Numbered from the stretch's first letter, positions 1-10,186 are shown. The stretch is DNA of 64,000 bases from Actinomycetes bacterium (GCA_038210415.1 JBBQWS010000003.1:59577-123576), one strand, 5' to 3'. The notes: generated by a model not told the origin, from the sequence alone. Made by a program: numbers and translations.

Positions 1-1528
1 CGCGAAGCTGCGTCTCGACCTCCGGGCCGAGCGAGGCGGTGCCACCGATCAGCCACGCCGTGGTGGCGTGCCGCCGGATGACCTCGGCCGCGGTCGGTCC
101 CGGCAGCCCGGCAGCCGCGGCCAGCAGGATCGGCGCGGCCTTACGTATGGCGAGCGGTGCGGCGACCATGCCGTCCACGAGGTGCGCGGTCTCGCCGGAC
201 ACGACGACGACTCCGACGGACGAGGGGTAGGCCGCGGTCGCGGCCGCGACCGCCGTCCCCCAGCGGTCGGCGCCGCTGAACCTGGCCAGCGGACGGTGCA
301 GCCAACCCGACAGCAGCCCGAGCCGGCTGCGGAACGTCGTGCCGGCGAGGGTCGCCGACACCCCCGCCGAGGACCACGCCACCGCGCTCCTGACCTCGCC
401 GCCCGCCGAACGCCCCGAGAGGTCGATCTTGACCACGTCGGTCAGTCCGAATGCCGAGGCCAGCTGGGCTTGGGTGGGGCTTCGGGTCCACTGGGAGAGG
501 TTCGGGTTGACGGCCGGGTCGAGGCTCCAGTGGTCGTCGACGCTGCGGGCCCAGGGGAGGTAGCCGCCCCAGACATCCTCGGAGTTCTCGGTGCGGCCCC
601 CGCTGGACGAGAAGAAGTACCCCGTGATCGGAGTGCCGGCATAGGTGGCGGTCAACCCGGTGGTCGCGGTCGCAAGCGTGGCCAGCACGGCTGCCCGCCA
701 CGACGCGCCACCGGGCCCCGACTCCTTGACATAGCCGGCGAACACCTGGTCGTACGTGTCGTCGTAGAGCTGGCAGGAGCAGGCGCTGCGGATCCCCGCG
801 GCGTACTTGGCGAGGGCGTACGAACGCGACGCGATCACCTGGGCCTGCACGGCAGCAGGCAGCCAGGTCGAGGTCATCTCGCTGACGCCGAGGAGGTATT
901 CGTCGTGCAGCCGGACCGTGTTGACAAGCTCGATCGCACCGGCGACCACGCGGGCGTCGACGAACCCATAGCGATACGTCTGCGCGCCGACCAGCAGCGC
1001 TGTGGCGGCTGTTCCCGCGTTGCCCGGGTAGCGCGTACCGGCCCACCGCACGGTGACCGACGCACCCGTGCCGACGGCGGCACCGTCCCTGGTCACCGCA
1101 ACGTTGCTGCCCGAGACCGTGATCCCCCAGTGATCGGTTGCCGTCCCGCGCACGGGAGCGCCGCCGGCCACGGTCACCTCGACGGCGCCGCCGCCGGTGC
1201 CGAGCGCCGCCGAGCCCAGGGTCACGCTGCTGGCCTGGTGCAGCAGGCTGACGCGCACGTCCATCCCGTCGGCGACCGGCGTGACCGTGGTGCCGGTGTA
1301 GTAGTGCGTGATGATCTGGGTCGCGGTCGAGCCCTGCATCGCCATCCCGAGCGCGCCGTACTGCGACATGCCCACGCCGTGGCCCCAGCCGCTGCCGATC
1401 AGCTGGAAGGTGGCTGGCACCGCAGCCCCGGCGGTCGACATCCCGCCGACGACGCCGGAGGTCACCGACACGACGGCGACGACCGTGGCGCTGGCGGCCC
1501 GGAGCGACCGGCGGAGGGCGCGACGCAT
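1..1528 (-). CDS. SpoIID/LytB-domain protein with C-terminal CW_binding_2 repeats (3' end runs off the window)
   Basis: Absent from the ORF track because it is truncated. Manual translation from ATG at 1528 gives a signal-like N-terminus MRRALRRSLRAASATVVAVVSV, the SpoIID motif GSGWGHGVGMSQYGA and the CWB2 motif RFSGADRWGTAVAVA near nt 280. The ATG overlaps the TGA of the upstream amidase. Confidence 0.85.
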   Translation of the reverse strand, partial: MRRALRRSLRAASATVVAVVSVTSGVVGGMSTAGAAVPATFQLIGSGWGHGVGMSQYGALGMAMQGSTATQIITHYYTGTTVTPVADGMDVRVSLLHQASSVTLGSAALGTGGGAVEVTVAGGAPVRGTATDHWGITVSGSNVAVTRDGAAVGTGASVTVRWAGTRYPGNAGTAATALLVGAQTYRYGFVDARVVAGAIELVNTVRLHDEYLLGVSEMTSTWLPAAVQAQVIASRSYALAKYAAGIRSACSCQLYDDTYDQVFAGYVKESGPGGASWRAAVLATLATATTGLTATYAGTPITGYFFSSSGGRTENSEDVWGGYLPWARSVDDHWSLDPAVNPNLSQWTRSPTQAQLASAFGLTDVVKIDLSGRSAGGEVRSAVAWSSAGVSATLAGTTFRSRLGLLSGWLHRPLARFSGADRWGTAVAAATAAYPSSVGVVVVSGETAHLVDGMVAAPLAIRKAAPILLAAAAGLPGPTAAEVIRRHATTAWLIGGTASLGPEVETQLR

Positions 1529-4053
1529 CAGCCGACTGCCGCCGCGAGCGTCACGAGTCCGGTGTCGTTGACTCCCGCGGTGCCACCGAGGACCCAGGCC
1601 GAGGTGACGACGTGGGCGCGCACCCAGGCTGCCTGCCCGGACGTCGGGCCGCTGATCCCACCGAGCAGCTCGAGGCGACCGAGCGCGCCGCCCGCGAGAG
1701 CGTCGACCAGGTGACTGTCGGCGGCCGAGCCGAAGGCGATCGCCGTCGGCGCGACGACTCCGACGAACGCGTCGGCAACGGCGATGGAGGTGCTGTAGCG
1801 GTCGGCTCCGGCGGCCCGCGTCGCACCGGGGAGCTGGTCGAACACTGCTGCCGAGACAGCGCCGACGCCACCGACGACGACGGTGGACCTGACGTGCAGG
1901 TCGGTGAGCGCCGTGACCACCGACGGCGGCACTGCTGCGCCGCGGACCAGCAGGATCGGGCGACCCGTGCTGGCAGCAGGACCGGCGGCAGCGAGCGCGT
2001 CGACGAGGTGCCCGTCCTCACCGGACGCGACGACCACGGCGGGGGCCGTTGCGCCGAGCGCGGCCGCGACGGCGACCGACGTCGCGTACCGGTCCGCACC
2101 GGAGATCCGGTGCACGGTCGCGCCGAGGCCGGTGAGCGTCGTCTCGACGGCCGTGCTCACGCCGGACTCGCCACCGACGATGTCGACCGTGGTGACGTGC
2201 CGGGCGGTGAGATCGGCGAGCACGGACGGCGGCAGCGAGGCCGCCGCCGTGAGCAGCAGCGGCGCGTGCAACGAGCGGGCGAGCGGCGCCGCGACGAGGC
2301 CGTCGACGAGGTGCGACGGCTCACCGGACGCGAGCACGACGGTGCGCGACGCGGGTGCTGCCGCCCGACCGATCGCAACGCTGGTGGAGTACCGGTCGGC
2401 ACCCGCCAGCCGGCCGACCTGAGGGCAGGTCAGCCCTGCGCCCGTGCTGGCGACGAGGTCGTACGTGAAGGAGATCGGCCGGGCGGTGCCGGTGGTGGCC
2501 GACGCCGACTCGAGCAGCAGGTCGTACCGGCCCACGGGCGCCGCGACCCCCGTGTCGGTCTTGCCGTCCCAGGTGACCGCGCCGGACAGATGAGAGCTGG
2601 TCCAGCCGGCGTCGATCGTGCGCACCACCATGCCGCCCAGACACTGCGCACGGACCGTCAGCTTGAAGCTCTGGATGCCAGGGACGGTCGCCGAGAGGGT
2701 CACCGCCGACGAGCCCACCACCCCGGCGGACGTACTCGCCACGGGGTTGTAGAGGGCGGCCCCCTGGTACCGCACAACCGCGTTGCGGATCGCGGGCAGG
2801 GCGGGGTACAGATACCGCCCGGGGCACGCGGTCGCGCCGACGTCACGGTGCCCAGCGATCGTGGGCACGACCACCTTGACCCCGGGGCCGTAGCGCGAGG
2901 TGCCGCCGCCGACCGACGTGAGGACGGCGGAGCCGTGGGGGTCGCGGTGAGTCAGGTCCAGCTTGTACGCCAGGATCCGCGCGATGCTGTCCGTCATCGC
3001 GGCGGTCGGGGAGGCGATGTCCATGTTGCCGAGCGCCGCGACCGCGAACGTGTCGGTGTTGAAGCCGCCCGTGTGCGCGCCGGTCACCGGCTTGTCCACG
3101 CCGCCGTACCGGCCCTCGTAGATGCGCCCCGCCTGGTCGACGAAGAAGTTGTACGGGATGTCGCGGTAGCCCATCGACCCGGTGTAGTAGGCGTAGATCG
3201 ACCGGATGTCGCGCGCCGCGTCCGCCATGGTCCAGCCGGACTTCTGCCAGTAGCTGTTGGGCGAGGCGCTGTGGTGGACGAAGCCGACCTTGATCGTCGC
3301 GTTGTACTCGGGCGCACCACGCAGGCTCTCGTCGGCACCCCACTGCGCCCTGGTCACGATCGCGGGGACGCTTGCCGCCGCGGCGGCGGACGACGCAGGC
3401 GCCGGGGTCGCCGTCATCGAGCCGTCCGCTGCCGACGTGCCGGGGTCGACCAGGTCGAGGCTGAGTGCGGCGGGTGCGTCACCCGTGGCGGTGGCCACCC
3501 GGACCTGCGCGCCGTCGGACCCGGGCAGGATCAGCGGCTCGACCCCACGTCGTGCCTGCCGGCCCTCGGCCGAACCAGCGTCAGGTGTGTCGTCGGTGGG
3601 ATCGAGGGTCTGCCAGCCCGACCAGATGCCGTTCGTCCGGGTACGGACGTCGACCCGGGTCGGGTCGGTCCCCTTCCACGTCACGCCCAGCAGCCGGAAC
3701 CGGCGTGCGGACAGCTCGCCGGTGAGCACGGCGAGCCGGCCGGGCACGACGACAGCAGCGGTGACCACGGCGTTGCGGCTCTCGGTCGCAGGGGCGGCGG
3801 CCGCGCCGGCGGCGAGGCCGGCCGCGTCGATACCGGCGAGGTGGAGGTGCTGGACGATCGGCTTGACCGGGTGCGGGGAGGCCGCCGGTGCGGACACGAC
3901 CGGAAGCGCGAGGGTGACCGGGACGACCAGGGCGAGCGTCATGAGGACGGCGGGCCGGCGACTTCGCCGTGATCGGTCCGAGGGGCGGTCCGATGGGCGG
4001 GTTGACGGGCGGTCGGACGGCTTGGCTGAGGCGGGCACGAGCGGCATCGACAT
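1528..4053 (-). CDS. N-acetylmuramoyl-L-alanine amidase (Amidase_2/PGRP-like) with FlgD-Ig-like domain and three CW_binding_2 repeats
   Basis: Motifs IVTRAQWGADE, FVHHSAS, DIPYNFFVD, GAHTGGFN, GHRDVGATACPG; WDGKTDTG (FlgD-like); RLAGADRYSTS, RISGADRYATS and RAAGADRYSTS repeats. Start trimmed from the 5043 ORF to ATG 4053 (alternatives 4047, 3943). Confidence 0.85.
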   Translation of the reverse strand: MSMPLVPASAKPSDRPSTRPSDRPSDRSRRSRRPAVLMTLALVVPVTLALPVVSAPAASPHPVKPIVQHLHLAGIDAAGLAAGAAAAPATESRNAVVTAAVVVPGRLAVLTGELSARRFRLLGVTWKGTDPTRVDVRTRTNGIWSGWQTLDPTDDTPDAGSAEGRQARRGVEPLILPGSDGAQVRVATATGDAPAALSLDLVDPGTSAADGSMTATPAPASSAAAAASVPAIVTRAQWGADESLRGAPEYNATIKVGFVHHSASPNSYWQKSGWTMADAARDIRSIYAYYTGSMGYRDIPYNFFVDQAGRIYEGRYGGVDKPVTGAHTGGFNTDTFAVAALGNMDIASPTAAMTDSIARILAYKLDLTHRDPHGSAVLTSVGGGTSRYGPGVKVVVPTIAGHRDVGATACPGRYLYPALPAIRNAVVRYQGAALYNPVASTSAGVVGSSAVTLSATVPGIQSFKLTVRAQCLGGMVVRTIDAGWTSSHLSGAVTWDGKTDTGVAAPVGRYDLLLESASATTGTARPISFTYDLVASTGAGLTCPQVGRLAGADRYSTSVAIGRAAAPASRTVVLASGEPSHLVDGLVAAPLARSLHAPLLLTAAASLPPSVLADLTARHVTTVDIVGGESGVSTAVETTLTGLGATVHRISGADRYATSVAVAAALGATAPAVVVASGEDGHLVDALAAAGPAASTGRPILLVRGAAVPPSVVTALTDLHVRSTVVVGGVGAVSAAVFDQLPGATRAAGADRYSTSIAVADAFVGVVAPTAIAFGSAADSHLVDALAGGALGRLELLGGISGPTSGQAAWVRAHVVTSAWVLGGTAGVNDTGLVTLAAAVG

Positions 4054-4117
4054 GAAGGAGGCTTCCCGGCGCTGGAGAGGGGAGGGCGAAGTCAGGCGAC
4101 GAGGGCTGTCACTTAGT

Positions 4118-4146
4118 GCTTCGGGCGGATTGAGTTCAGTCTTGAC
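4118..4146 (-). promoter_or_regulatory. Candidate sigma28 (FliA/WhiG)-like promoter
   Basis: GTCAAG-N15-CCCGAAGC upstream of the amidase; nearly the same geometry recurs at 43738-43766. Confidence 0.45.
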
Positions 4147-4308
4147 CTGCGGGCGCCAATTCAAACCCGCTGGGGAACCCAGCGGCCCTCCCGTGCGTCC
4201 CTTACTGGGAGCCCTACGCGCAGCCTTGCGCCTAGACTGACGGCGTCCCGAGAGAGTCCGGGGCCACTCTGCCGGCCTCCTGGCCCGCAAGACCGCACCG
4301 GAGCAGCC

Positions 4309-5736
4309 ATGACCACCGCGCCCACCGCCGAGCCACGACGTCGGTGGCGCCGCGCTCTGATCGCCGTGGGCATCACGTTCAGTCTGCTCCTGGTCGCCGC
4401 CGGAGCGGGCTTCCTCGTCCTCTGGCGGCACCTCGACTCGAACCTGACGACCGTGCAGGCCGACCCCGGTCTGCTTCGGTCGACCGAATCCGTGCCCAAG
4501 CCAACGGCCGAGGGCGAGCTGCCGCCGATGAACATCCTGGTGATGGGCTCGGACACCAGGATCGGCCAGGGCGGCGAGGGCGGCTCGGCCAAGGTCTACA
4601 GCACGGCGCAGTCCGACGTCGTGATGCTGGTCCACCTGTCCGGCGACCGCAAGCGTGCGCTGGTCATGAGCATCCCCCGGGACACCTGGGTCCACGTGCC
4701 GTCCTGCTCCAACGGCAAGACGACCTACAACGCGCAGGACGGGAAGTTCAACCTCGCGTTCACCTTCGGCGGCCCCAACTGCACCGTCAAGCTGTTCAAA
4801 CAGGTCACGGGGCTGCCGGTCGACCACTTCATGGTCGTCGACTTCAACGGCGTGAAGGACATCATCAACGCGCTCGGCGGCGTGCAGTTCTGCCTCAAGA
4901 AGGACATGGTCGACCCGAAGAGCCACCTGGACCTCAAGGCCGGGCAGCAGACGATCATGGGCGACCAAGGGCTGGCCTTCCTCCGGGTCCGGCACAACAT
5001 CGGCGACCCCACGGGCGACATCGGCCGGATGGACCGGCAGCACGCCTTCCTCGCGGCCATGGTCAAGCAGGCCCAGGACAGCTCGCTGATCACGAACCCG
5101 GTGCGCCTCTACAAGCTGCTCGACACCAGCACGAAGGCCATCGCCGCCGATCCCGGCATGAGCAACCTCGGCGCCCTCAAGGATCTCGCCCAGAGCCTGG
5201 CCGGTCTCAAGCCCAGCCAGGTCACCTTCGTGACGATCCCCTGGAAGGACCGAGGCGACGGCGAGAACGTCCTTGTCAACGAGGCCAAGGCTCAGCCGCT
5301 GTTCGACGCCATCGCCAACGACACCCCTTACCCGCCACCCCCCGCGAAGGTGGCCACGCCGTCCGGCTCGGCGCTCAAGACCCCGCCCTCGGCCATCTCG
5401 GTGCGGGTCCTCAACGCGAGCGGCACCCCGGGCAAGGCGAAGGCCGTGGCCGCGCAGCTCGAGGCGCTGGGCTTCATCATCGCCAGCGTCGACACAGCGT
5501 CCGCAGTCTCCGGCGCCACAACCGTGACCTACGGCCCGAGCCGGGACGAGTCAGGACGGACGTTGACCGCATCGGTGATCGGGGCGACGTCGAACGTCGA
5601 CACCCAGCTCGGCAGCACCCTCGTGCTGACGGTAGGCACCAACTACACCGGCGTGCTCCAGGTCGTGATCCCCGGTCAGGCGTCTCCGAGCTCGTCGACC
5701 AAGGCCATCACGGCCGACACCACCGGCTGCGTCTGA
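4309..5736 (+). CDS. LCP (LytR-CpsA-Psr) family glycopolymer transferase with LytR_C domain
   Basis: One N-terminal TM helix; NILVMGSDTR, SDVVMLVH, SIPRDTWV, GDIGRMDRQH; C-terminal VRVLNASGTPGKA. Confidence 0.92.
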   Translation: MTTAPTAEPRRRWRRALIAVGITFSLLLVAAGAGFLVLWRHLDSNLTTVQADPGLLRSTESVPKPTAEGELPPMNILVMGSDTRIGQGGEGGSAKVYSTAQSDVVMLVHLSGDRKRALVMSIPRDTWVHVPSCSNGKTTYNAQDGKFNLAFTFGGPNCTVKLFKQVTGLPVDHFMVVDFNGVKDIINALGGVQFCLKKDMVDPKSHLDLKAGQQTIMGDQGLAFLRVRHNIGDPTGDIGRMDRQHAFLAAMVKQAQDSSLITNPVRLYKLLDTSTKAIAADPGMSNLGALKDLAQSLAGLKPSQVTFVTIPWKDRGDGENVLVNEAKAQPLFDAIANDTPYPPPPAKVATPSGSALKTPPSAISVRVLNASGTPGKAKAVAAQLEALGFIIASVDTASAVSGATTVTYGPSRDESGRTLTASVIGATSNVDTQLGSTLVLTVGTNYTGVLQVVIPGQASPSSSTKAITADTTGCV

Positions 5737-5768
5737 GCCGTTGGTCGGCGGTGCCGACGACCTCTGAT

Positions 5769-7064
5769 CTAGTCGGCGGTGCCGACGACGCGGCGGGTCA
5801 CTGCGGACCACAGCGCGGGGTCGGTGATCCGGCGGCCGTCGACGAGCACCTGGATGCCAGGCAGGTCGGCGGGCGTCAGCGAGCGGTACTCGGCGTGGTC
5901 CGCCTGGACGACGGCCGCGGCCACCGGCTCACCGAGGTGGTATGGCGCCCAGCCGAAGCGGGTCAGCTCGTCGTCGTCGTACAGCGGGTCGTGGACGAGG
6001 ACGTCGGCCCCGCGGGCCCGAAGCGCCTCGACCGTGGGGAACACCCCGGAGAACGCCGTCTCCTTGACGCCGCCCCGGTAGGCCGCGCCGAGAACCACGA
6101 CGCGCTGCCCGGCGAGCGACGATCCGAAGGCACCCTCAAGGAGCCCGACGGTGTACTCCGGCATCGCGGCGTTGGCCTCACGGGCAGCTCGGACCACCGT
6201 GGCGCTCGGGTCGTTCCACAGGTAGAGCCGCGGGTACACCGGGATGCAGTGGCCGCCGACGGCGATGCCGGGCGAGTGGATGTGGCTGTACGGCTGGGAG
6301 TTCGAGGCTTCGATCACCTGATAGACGTCGATGCCGTGGTCGGCGGCGAACCGCGCGAACTGGTTGGCGAGCCCGATGTTGACGTCGCGGTACGTCGTCT
6401 CGGCGAGCTTGGCGAGCTCGGACGCCTCGGCGCTGCCGAGGTCCCACACGCCGTTGGCGCGCGCGAGGTCAGGCCGCTCGTCGAAGTCGAGGACCTGCTC
6501 GTAGAAGTCGACCGCATGGGCGGCACTCGCGGCGTCGATGCCGCCGACGAGCTTGGGGTACTTGCGCAGGTCAGCGAACACGCGCCCGGTGAGGACCCGT
6601 TCCGGGGAGAACACGACATGGAAGTCGCGCCCGGCGACCAGTCCGCTGCCGGCCTCCAGCATCGGCACCCAGCGGGTGCGGGTCGTGCCGACCGGCAACG
6701 TGGTCTCGTACGACACGAGGGTTCCCGGTTGCAGACCCGCGGCGATCGACTTGGTCGCCGCGTCCATCCAGCCGAAGTCGGGGACCGACTCGGCGTCGAC
6801 GAACAGGGGGACGACGACCACCACGGCCTCGCTGTGGGCGACTGCGGCCGTCGTGTCCGCGGTAGCGACGAGGCGACCGTCGGCCACGACCTCGGCGAGC
6901 TTCTCGGCGAGGAAGGCCTCGCCCGGGAACGGTTCGATGCCCGCGTTGACGAGCTCGACCGCTCGAGGGTCGACGTCGGCGCCGATCACGTGATGGCCCT
7001 TGGAGGCGAACTGGACGGCAAGTGGAAGACCGATCTTGCCCAGGGCGACGACGGCGATTTTCAC
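5769..7064 (-). CDS. UDP-N-acetylhexosamine 6-dehydrogenase (WecC/WbpA-like)
   Basis: Rossmann motif ALGKIGLPLA; FSPERV; AELAKLAETTYRDVNI-like segment; GGHCIP; GTG start. Confidence 0.9.
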   Translation of the reverse strand: MKIAVVALGKIGLPLAVQFASKGHHVIGADVDPRAVELVNAGIEPFPGEAFLAEKLAEVVADGRLVATADTTAAVAHSEAVVVVVPLFVDAESVPDFGWMDAATKSIAAGLQPGTLVSYETTLPVGTTRTRWVPMLEAGSGLVAGRDFHVVFSPERVLTGRVFADLRKYPKLVGGIDAASAAHAVDFYEQVLDFDERPDLARANGVWDLGSAEASELAKLAETTYRDVNIGLANQFARFAADHGIDVYQVIEASNSQPYSHIHSPGIAVGGHCIPVYPRLYLWNDPSATVVRAAREANAAMPEYTVGLLEGAFGSSLAGQRVVVLGAAYRGGVKETAFSGVFPTVEALRARGADVLVHDPLYDDDELTRFGWAPYHLGEPVAAAVVQADHAEYRSLTPADLPGIQVLVDGRRITDPALWSAVTRRVVGTAD

Positions 7065-7123
7065 CCCACAAGGATACCGGCCACCACACCGGCCCCCGAC
7101 CGTGAACCCTTAGGCTGGGGGCC
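7065..7123. promoter_or_regulatory. Divergent leaderless promoters for the dehydrogenase and the 2-epimerase
   Basis: Minus strand TATCCT (7071-7076) lies 6 nt before GTG 7064; plus strand TAGGCT (7111-7116) lies 7 nt before ATG 7124; no clear SD on either side. Confidence 0.6.
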
Positions 7124-8212
7124 ATGAAGGTGCTCAGCGTGGTCGGTGCCCGGCCCCAGTTCGTGAAGCTCTCCCCCATCGCCGCGGCACTCACCGCACA
7201 GGGGCACGAGCACGTCATCGTGCACACCGGACAGCACTATGACCCGGGGATGTCCGACGTGTTCTTCGACGATCTCGGCATCCCCGCGCCGACCGTCCAC
7301 CTGGGCGTGGGATCCGGCAGCCACGGCGCCCAGACGGGCACGATGCTGGCCCAGCTCGACCCGGTGCTCGCCGAGCACGACCCCGACTGGGTGCTGGTCT
7401 ACGGCGACACCAACTCGACGCTCGCCGGCACCCTGTCGGCCGTGAAGCAGCACCTGCCTGTGGCGCACCTCGAGGCGGGGCTGCGGTCGTTCAACCGACG
7501 CATGCCCGAGGAGCACAACCGCGTGCTGACCGACCACGCGGCCGACCTGCTGCTCGCCCCCACGCAGGTCGCGATGGACCACCTCGAGCGCGAGGGGCTG
7601 GCAGGGCGCGCGGTGCTGGTCGGCGACGTCATGACCGACATCTGCTTCCGGATCCGCGACGAGGTGAAGGACAGCCTCCCGGACCTTCCGGGGCCGCAGC
7701 TCGCGGCCGGCGGCTACCTCGTCTCGACCATCCACCGCGCCGACAACACCGACGAGCCCGAGCGCCTGGCCGCCGTCATCAGCGCGCTGGCCGCGCTGCC
7801 CCTTCCGGTCCTGCTGCTCGCCCACCCCCGCCTGGTCGTACGGGCTGCGGAGTTCGGGATCGAGCTCACCCAGGGAGCGATCAGTGCGGTCCCACCCCTG
7901 CCCTATCCCGAGATGGTGCGCGCGGTCCTGCACTCACGGGGCGTCGTCACCGACTCCGGCGGCCTGCAGAAGGAGGCCTTCCTGCTCGGCGTCCTCGGCA
8001 CCACCTTGCGCACCGAGACCGAGTGGCCCGAGACCCTCGCCGACTCGTGGAACGTCCTGCGCCCGGGCCTCGAGGGGCTCGCGGACGACGTCCTGCGACC
8101 GGTCCCGTCCGGGCCGCGCGGTGCGCCGTACGGCGACGGTCACGCAGCCGTCCGGGTCGCCGCCGAGCTGGCCGCCCGGCTCGGCGGACGGACGGGTCAG
8201 AACCGCGGGTAG
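7124..8212 (+). CDS. wecB: UDP-N-acetylglucosamine 2-epimerase, non-hydrolysing (WecB/WbpI-like)
   Basis: GARPQFVK, HTGQHYD, VYGDTNST, HLEAGLRS, MPEEHNR, TDSGGLQKEA. Confidence 0.93.
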   Translation: MKVLSVVGARPQFVKLSPIAAALTAQGHEHVIVHTGQHYDPGMSDVFFDDLGIPAPTVHLGVGSGSHGAQTGTMLAQLDPVLAEHDPDWVLVYGDTNSTLAGTLSAVKQHLPVAHLEAGLRSFNRRMPEEHNRVLTDHAADLLLAPTQVAMDHLEREGLAGRAVLVGDVMTDICFRIRDEVKDSLPDLPGPQLAAGGYLVSTIHRADNTDEPERLAAVISALAALPLPVLLLAHPRLVVRAAEFGIELTQGAISAVPPLPYPEMVRAVLHSRGVVTDSGGLQKEAFLLGVLGTTLRTETEWPETLADSWNVLRPGLEGLADDVLRPVPSGPRGAPYGDGHAAVRVAAELAARLGGRTGQNRG

Positions 8213-8255
8213 AATCGGCTCCTCCCCGTCCGTTCGCACCCAGCCCAGGAGACCC

Positions 8256-9599
8256 ATGAGCGAGACGCCCTCGCGGCGCCATCTCCTGCTCGTGGCTTGG
8301 GGGTTCCCCCCGTGCCGGGCCGGCGGCGTCTACCGCGCGCTCGCGCTGGCGAACAGCTTCGCAACCGACGGCTGGGACGTCACCGTGCTCACCGCCGAGC
8401 GCGAGGTGTTCGTCCGCTACACCGGCATCGACGCCAGCCTCGAGGACCGCATTGACCCCTCGGTGAACGTGGTGCGCATCCCGTTCCGATGGACGGCCAA
8501 AGAGACGAACATTCGTAACTACTCACTTGCCCGGGTCTATGCGCCGGTGCGGATGCGCAAGATCAAGACTGGACTCGACAACCTCGCGTTCCCCGAGGTG
8601 TCGTACGCCACGTGGCGGCACGAGCTCGAGCGCGCTGCGGCGCGGATCCACGCGGAGCACCCGGTGGACCTGACCCTGGCCACGGCCAACCCGCACGTCG
8701 CCTTCACGGCCGCCTACTACCTTCACCGCAAGTTCGGCGTGCCGTACGTCATGGACTACCGCGACGCCTGGACGCTCAACGTCTTCACCGGCGCGGAGAT
8801 GCACCCACCGTCCGACCGTGCCGGGCGCTGGGAACGCCGTCTGGTTACGGCCGCCCACGAGATCTGGTTCGTCAACGAGCCGATCCGCGCGTGGCACGCC
8901 AAGCGGTACCCCGAGGCCGCCGACCGCATGCACGTCGTGGCCAACGGGTTCGACCCCGAACTTCGCGCGGTGGTTCACATGCAGCCGGCTGCCGACGCCG
9001 CCACGTTCGGCTATCTCGGCACCATCACACGCGCACTGCCGCTCGACGAGTTTGTGACCGGGTGGCGGCTGGCCCGGGCCGGGCGGCCACAGATGGCCCA
9101 CGCCCAGGCACACCTGCATGGTTACGTCGACTACTACCTCATCCCCGGCAACGCTCTCGCGGCGGCACTGAAGGAGGCGGAGACCGACGAGGTGCGCTAC
9201 CTGGGCCCGGTCGCGCGCACCGAGACCGACGCCGTCTACCAGGGTTTCGATGCGCTCCTGCTCATCCTCGGCACTGGTCGCTACGTCACGTCCGGAAAGG
9301 TCTTCGAGTACCTCGCCACCGGGCTGCCGATCGTGTCGGTCCACGACCCCGGCAACGCGGCGAGCGACGTGCTGCGCGGCTACCCGCTGTGGTTCCCGGC
9401 CAAGAGCCTGAACCCCACGGCCATCGCCGACGCGCTGGCAGACGCAGCCGAAGCCGTGACCACGGCGAGCGCGGACACGCGTGCTGCTGCGCTGGCCTTC
9501 TCCGAGAAGTTCAGCCGCCGCCATCAGCTGGACCCGCGGATCGCCGCCCTGGGCGAGCTGGTCTCGGCCGCCACATCGGGTCAGCGGGCTCGCGCATGA
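8256..9599 (+). CDS. Glycosyltransferase (GT-B, family 4-like)
   Basis: AGGAG SD before ATG 8256; FPPCRAGGVYR, DYRDAW, SGKVFEYLATGLPI. Confidence 0.85.
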   Translation: MSETPSRRHLLLVAWGFPPCRAGGVYRALALANSFATDGWDVTVLTAEREVFVRYTGIDASLEDRIDPSVNVVRIPFRWTAKETNIRNYSLARVYAPVRMRKIKTGLDNLAFPEVSYATWRHELERAAARIHAEHPVDLTLATANPHVAFTAAYYLHRKFGVPYVMDYRDAWTLNVFTGAEMHPPSDRAGRWERRLVTAAHEIWFVNEPIRAWHAKRYPEAADRMHVVANGFDPELRAVVHMQPAADAATFGYLGTITRALPLDEFVTGWRLARAGRPQMAHAQAHLHGYVDYYLIPGNALAAALKEAETDEVRYLGPVARTETDAVYQGFDALLLILGTGRYVTSGKVFEYLATGLPIVSVHDPGNAASDVLRGYPLWFPAKSLNPTAIADALADAAEAVTTASADTRAAALAFSEKFSRRHQLDPRIAALGELVSAATSGQRARA

Positions 9600-10186
9600 A
9601 CGTCCTCGTCGTCAGCGGCGGCCGGCTGCGCAGTCATGACGTCCTAGACGCATTCCAGGGGTTGGCGACTGACGCCGTCGAGCTGTCGCTCGTCACCTGG
9701 GCCGCCCCCACGCAGACCCTGCTGGACGCCGTCACCGCGTCGGTCGTCCACGGCGACCTGGCGATCCTGACCGACGTCAACGACGACACCGGCGAACGGA
9801 AGGAGCCGACCGCGCGGACCGAAGCTCCGGCCACCATTGCAGGCGGCCCCCCCACGCCCTGGAACCGCACCCCGGCCCAGATCCGGGCAGGGGTGATCCG
9901 GCGCCTCAAGCCGGTGGCCGACCGGCTGCCCGAGCGGGTGCGCAAGGTCGTGTGGGACGGCGTCGTGACTCAGGGCCAGCATCAGCGGTCCGCTCAGCTG
10001 TGGCGGGCCAGCAGACGCAGCCCGGACGTCGACCAGCTCGCGACCGACGCCGACATGATCGTCGCCGTGGACATCGAGGCGCTGCGTACGACCTGGTGGC
10101 TCGGCCGTCGCAACCGATCAGCCGAGCTCGTGCTCGGGCTCGGCTCGGCGGCCGCCCTGCTCAACGATCGGATGGCTCAGAAGTGA
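9596..10186 (+). CDS. Hypothetical protein (possible GT-B half domain)
   Basis: ATGA overlap with the upstream GT; starts MNVLVVSGG; C-terminus resembles the tail of the GT at 10161-11921. Confidence 0.65.
   Translation: MNVLVVSGGRLRSHDVLDAFQGLATDAVELSLVTWAAPTQTLLDAVTASVVHGDLAILTDVNDDTGERKEPTARTEAPATIAGGPPTPWNRTPAQIRAGVIRRLKPVADRLPERVRKVVWDGVVTQGQHQRSAQLWRASRRSPDVDQLATDADMIVAVDIEALRTTWWLGRRNRSAELVLGLGSAAALLNDRMAQK

Noticed and set aside
3975-4025. Degenerate 12-bp repeats encoding PSDR/PSTR at the amidase N-terminus
   Set aside because: Short low-complexity extension before the signal peptide; no evidence of an independent function.
4054-4308. Possible c-di-AMP (ydaO) or c-di-GMP riboswitch upstream of the amidase; includes an 8-bp hairpin CCGCTGGG/CCCAGCGG
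   Set aside because: The ydaO core (AACCCGTCAGCTAAC-like) and the GEMM core (GCAAACC...GGGACGCAAAGC) are not present; the region is better explained as divergent promoters.
68-7127. Very long alternative-frame ORFs (68-1714, 1612-3972, 4344-7127 and similar ones such as 40921-43758 and 46651-48735)
   Set aside because: Arg/Gly/Pro-rich shadow ORFs overlapping genes with clear family motifs; expected in high-GC DNA.
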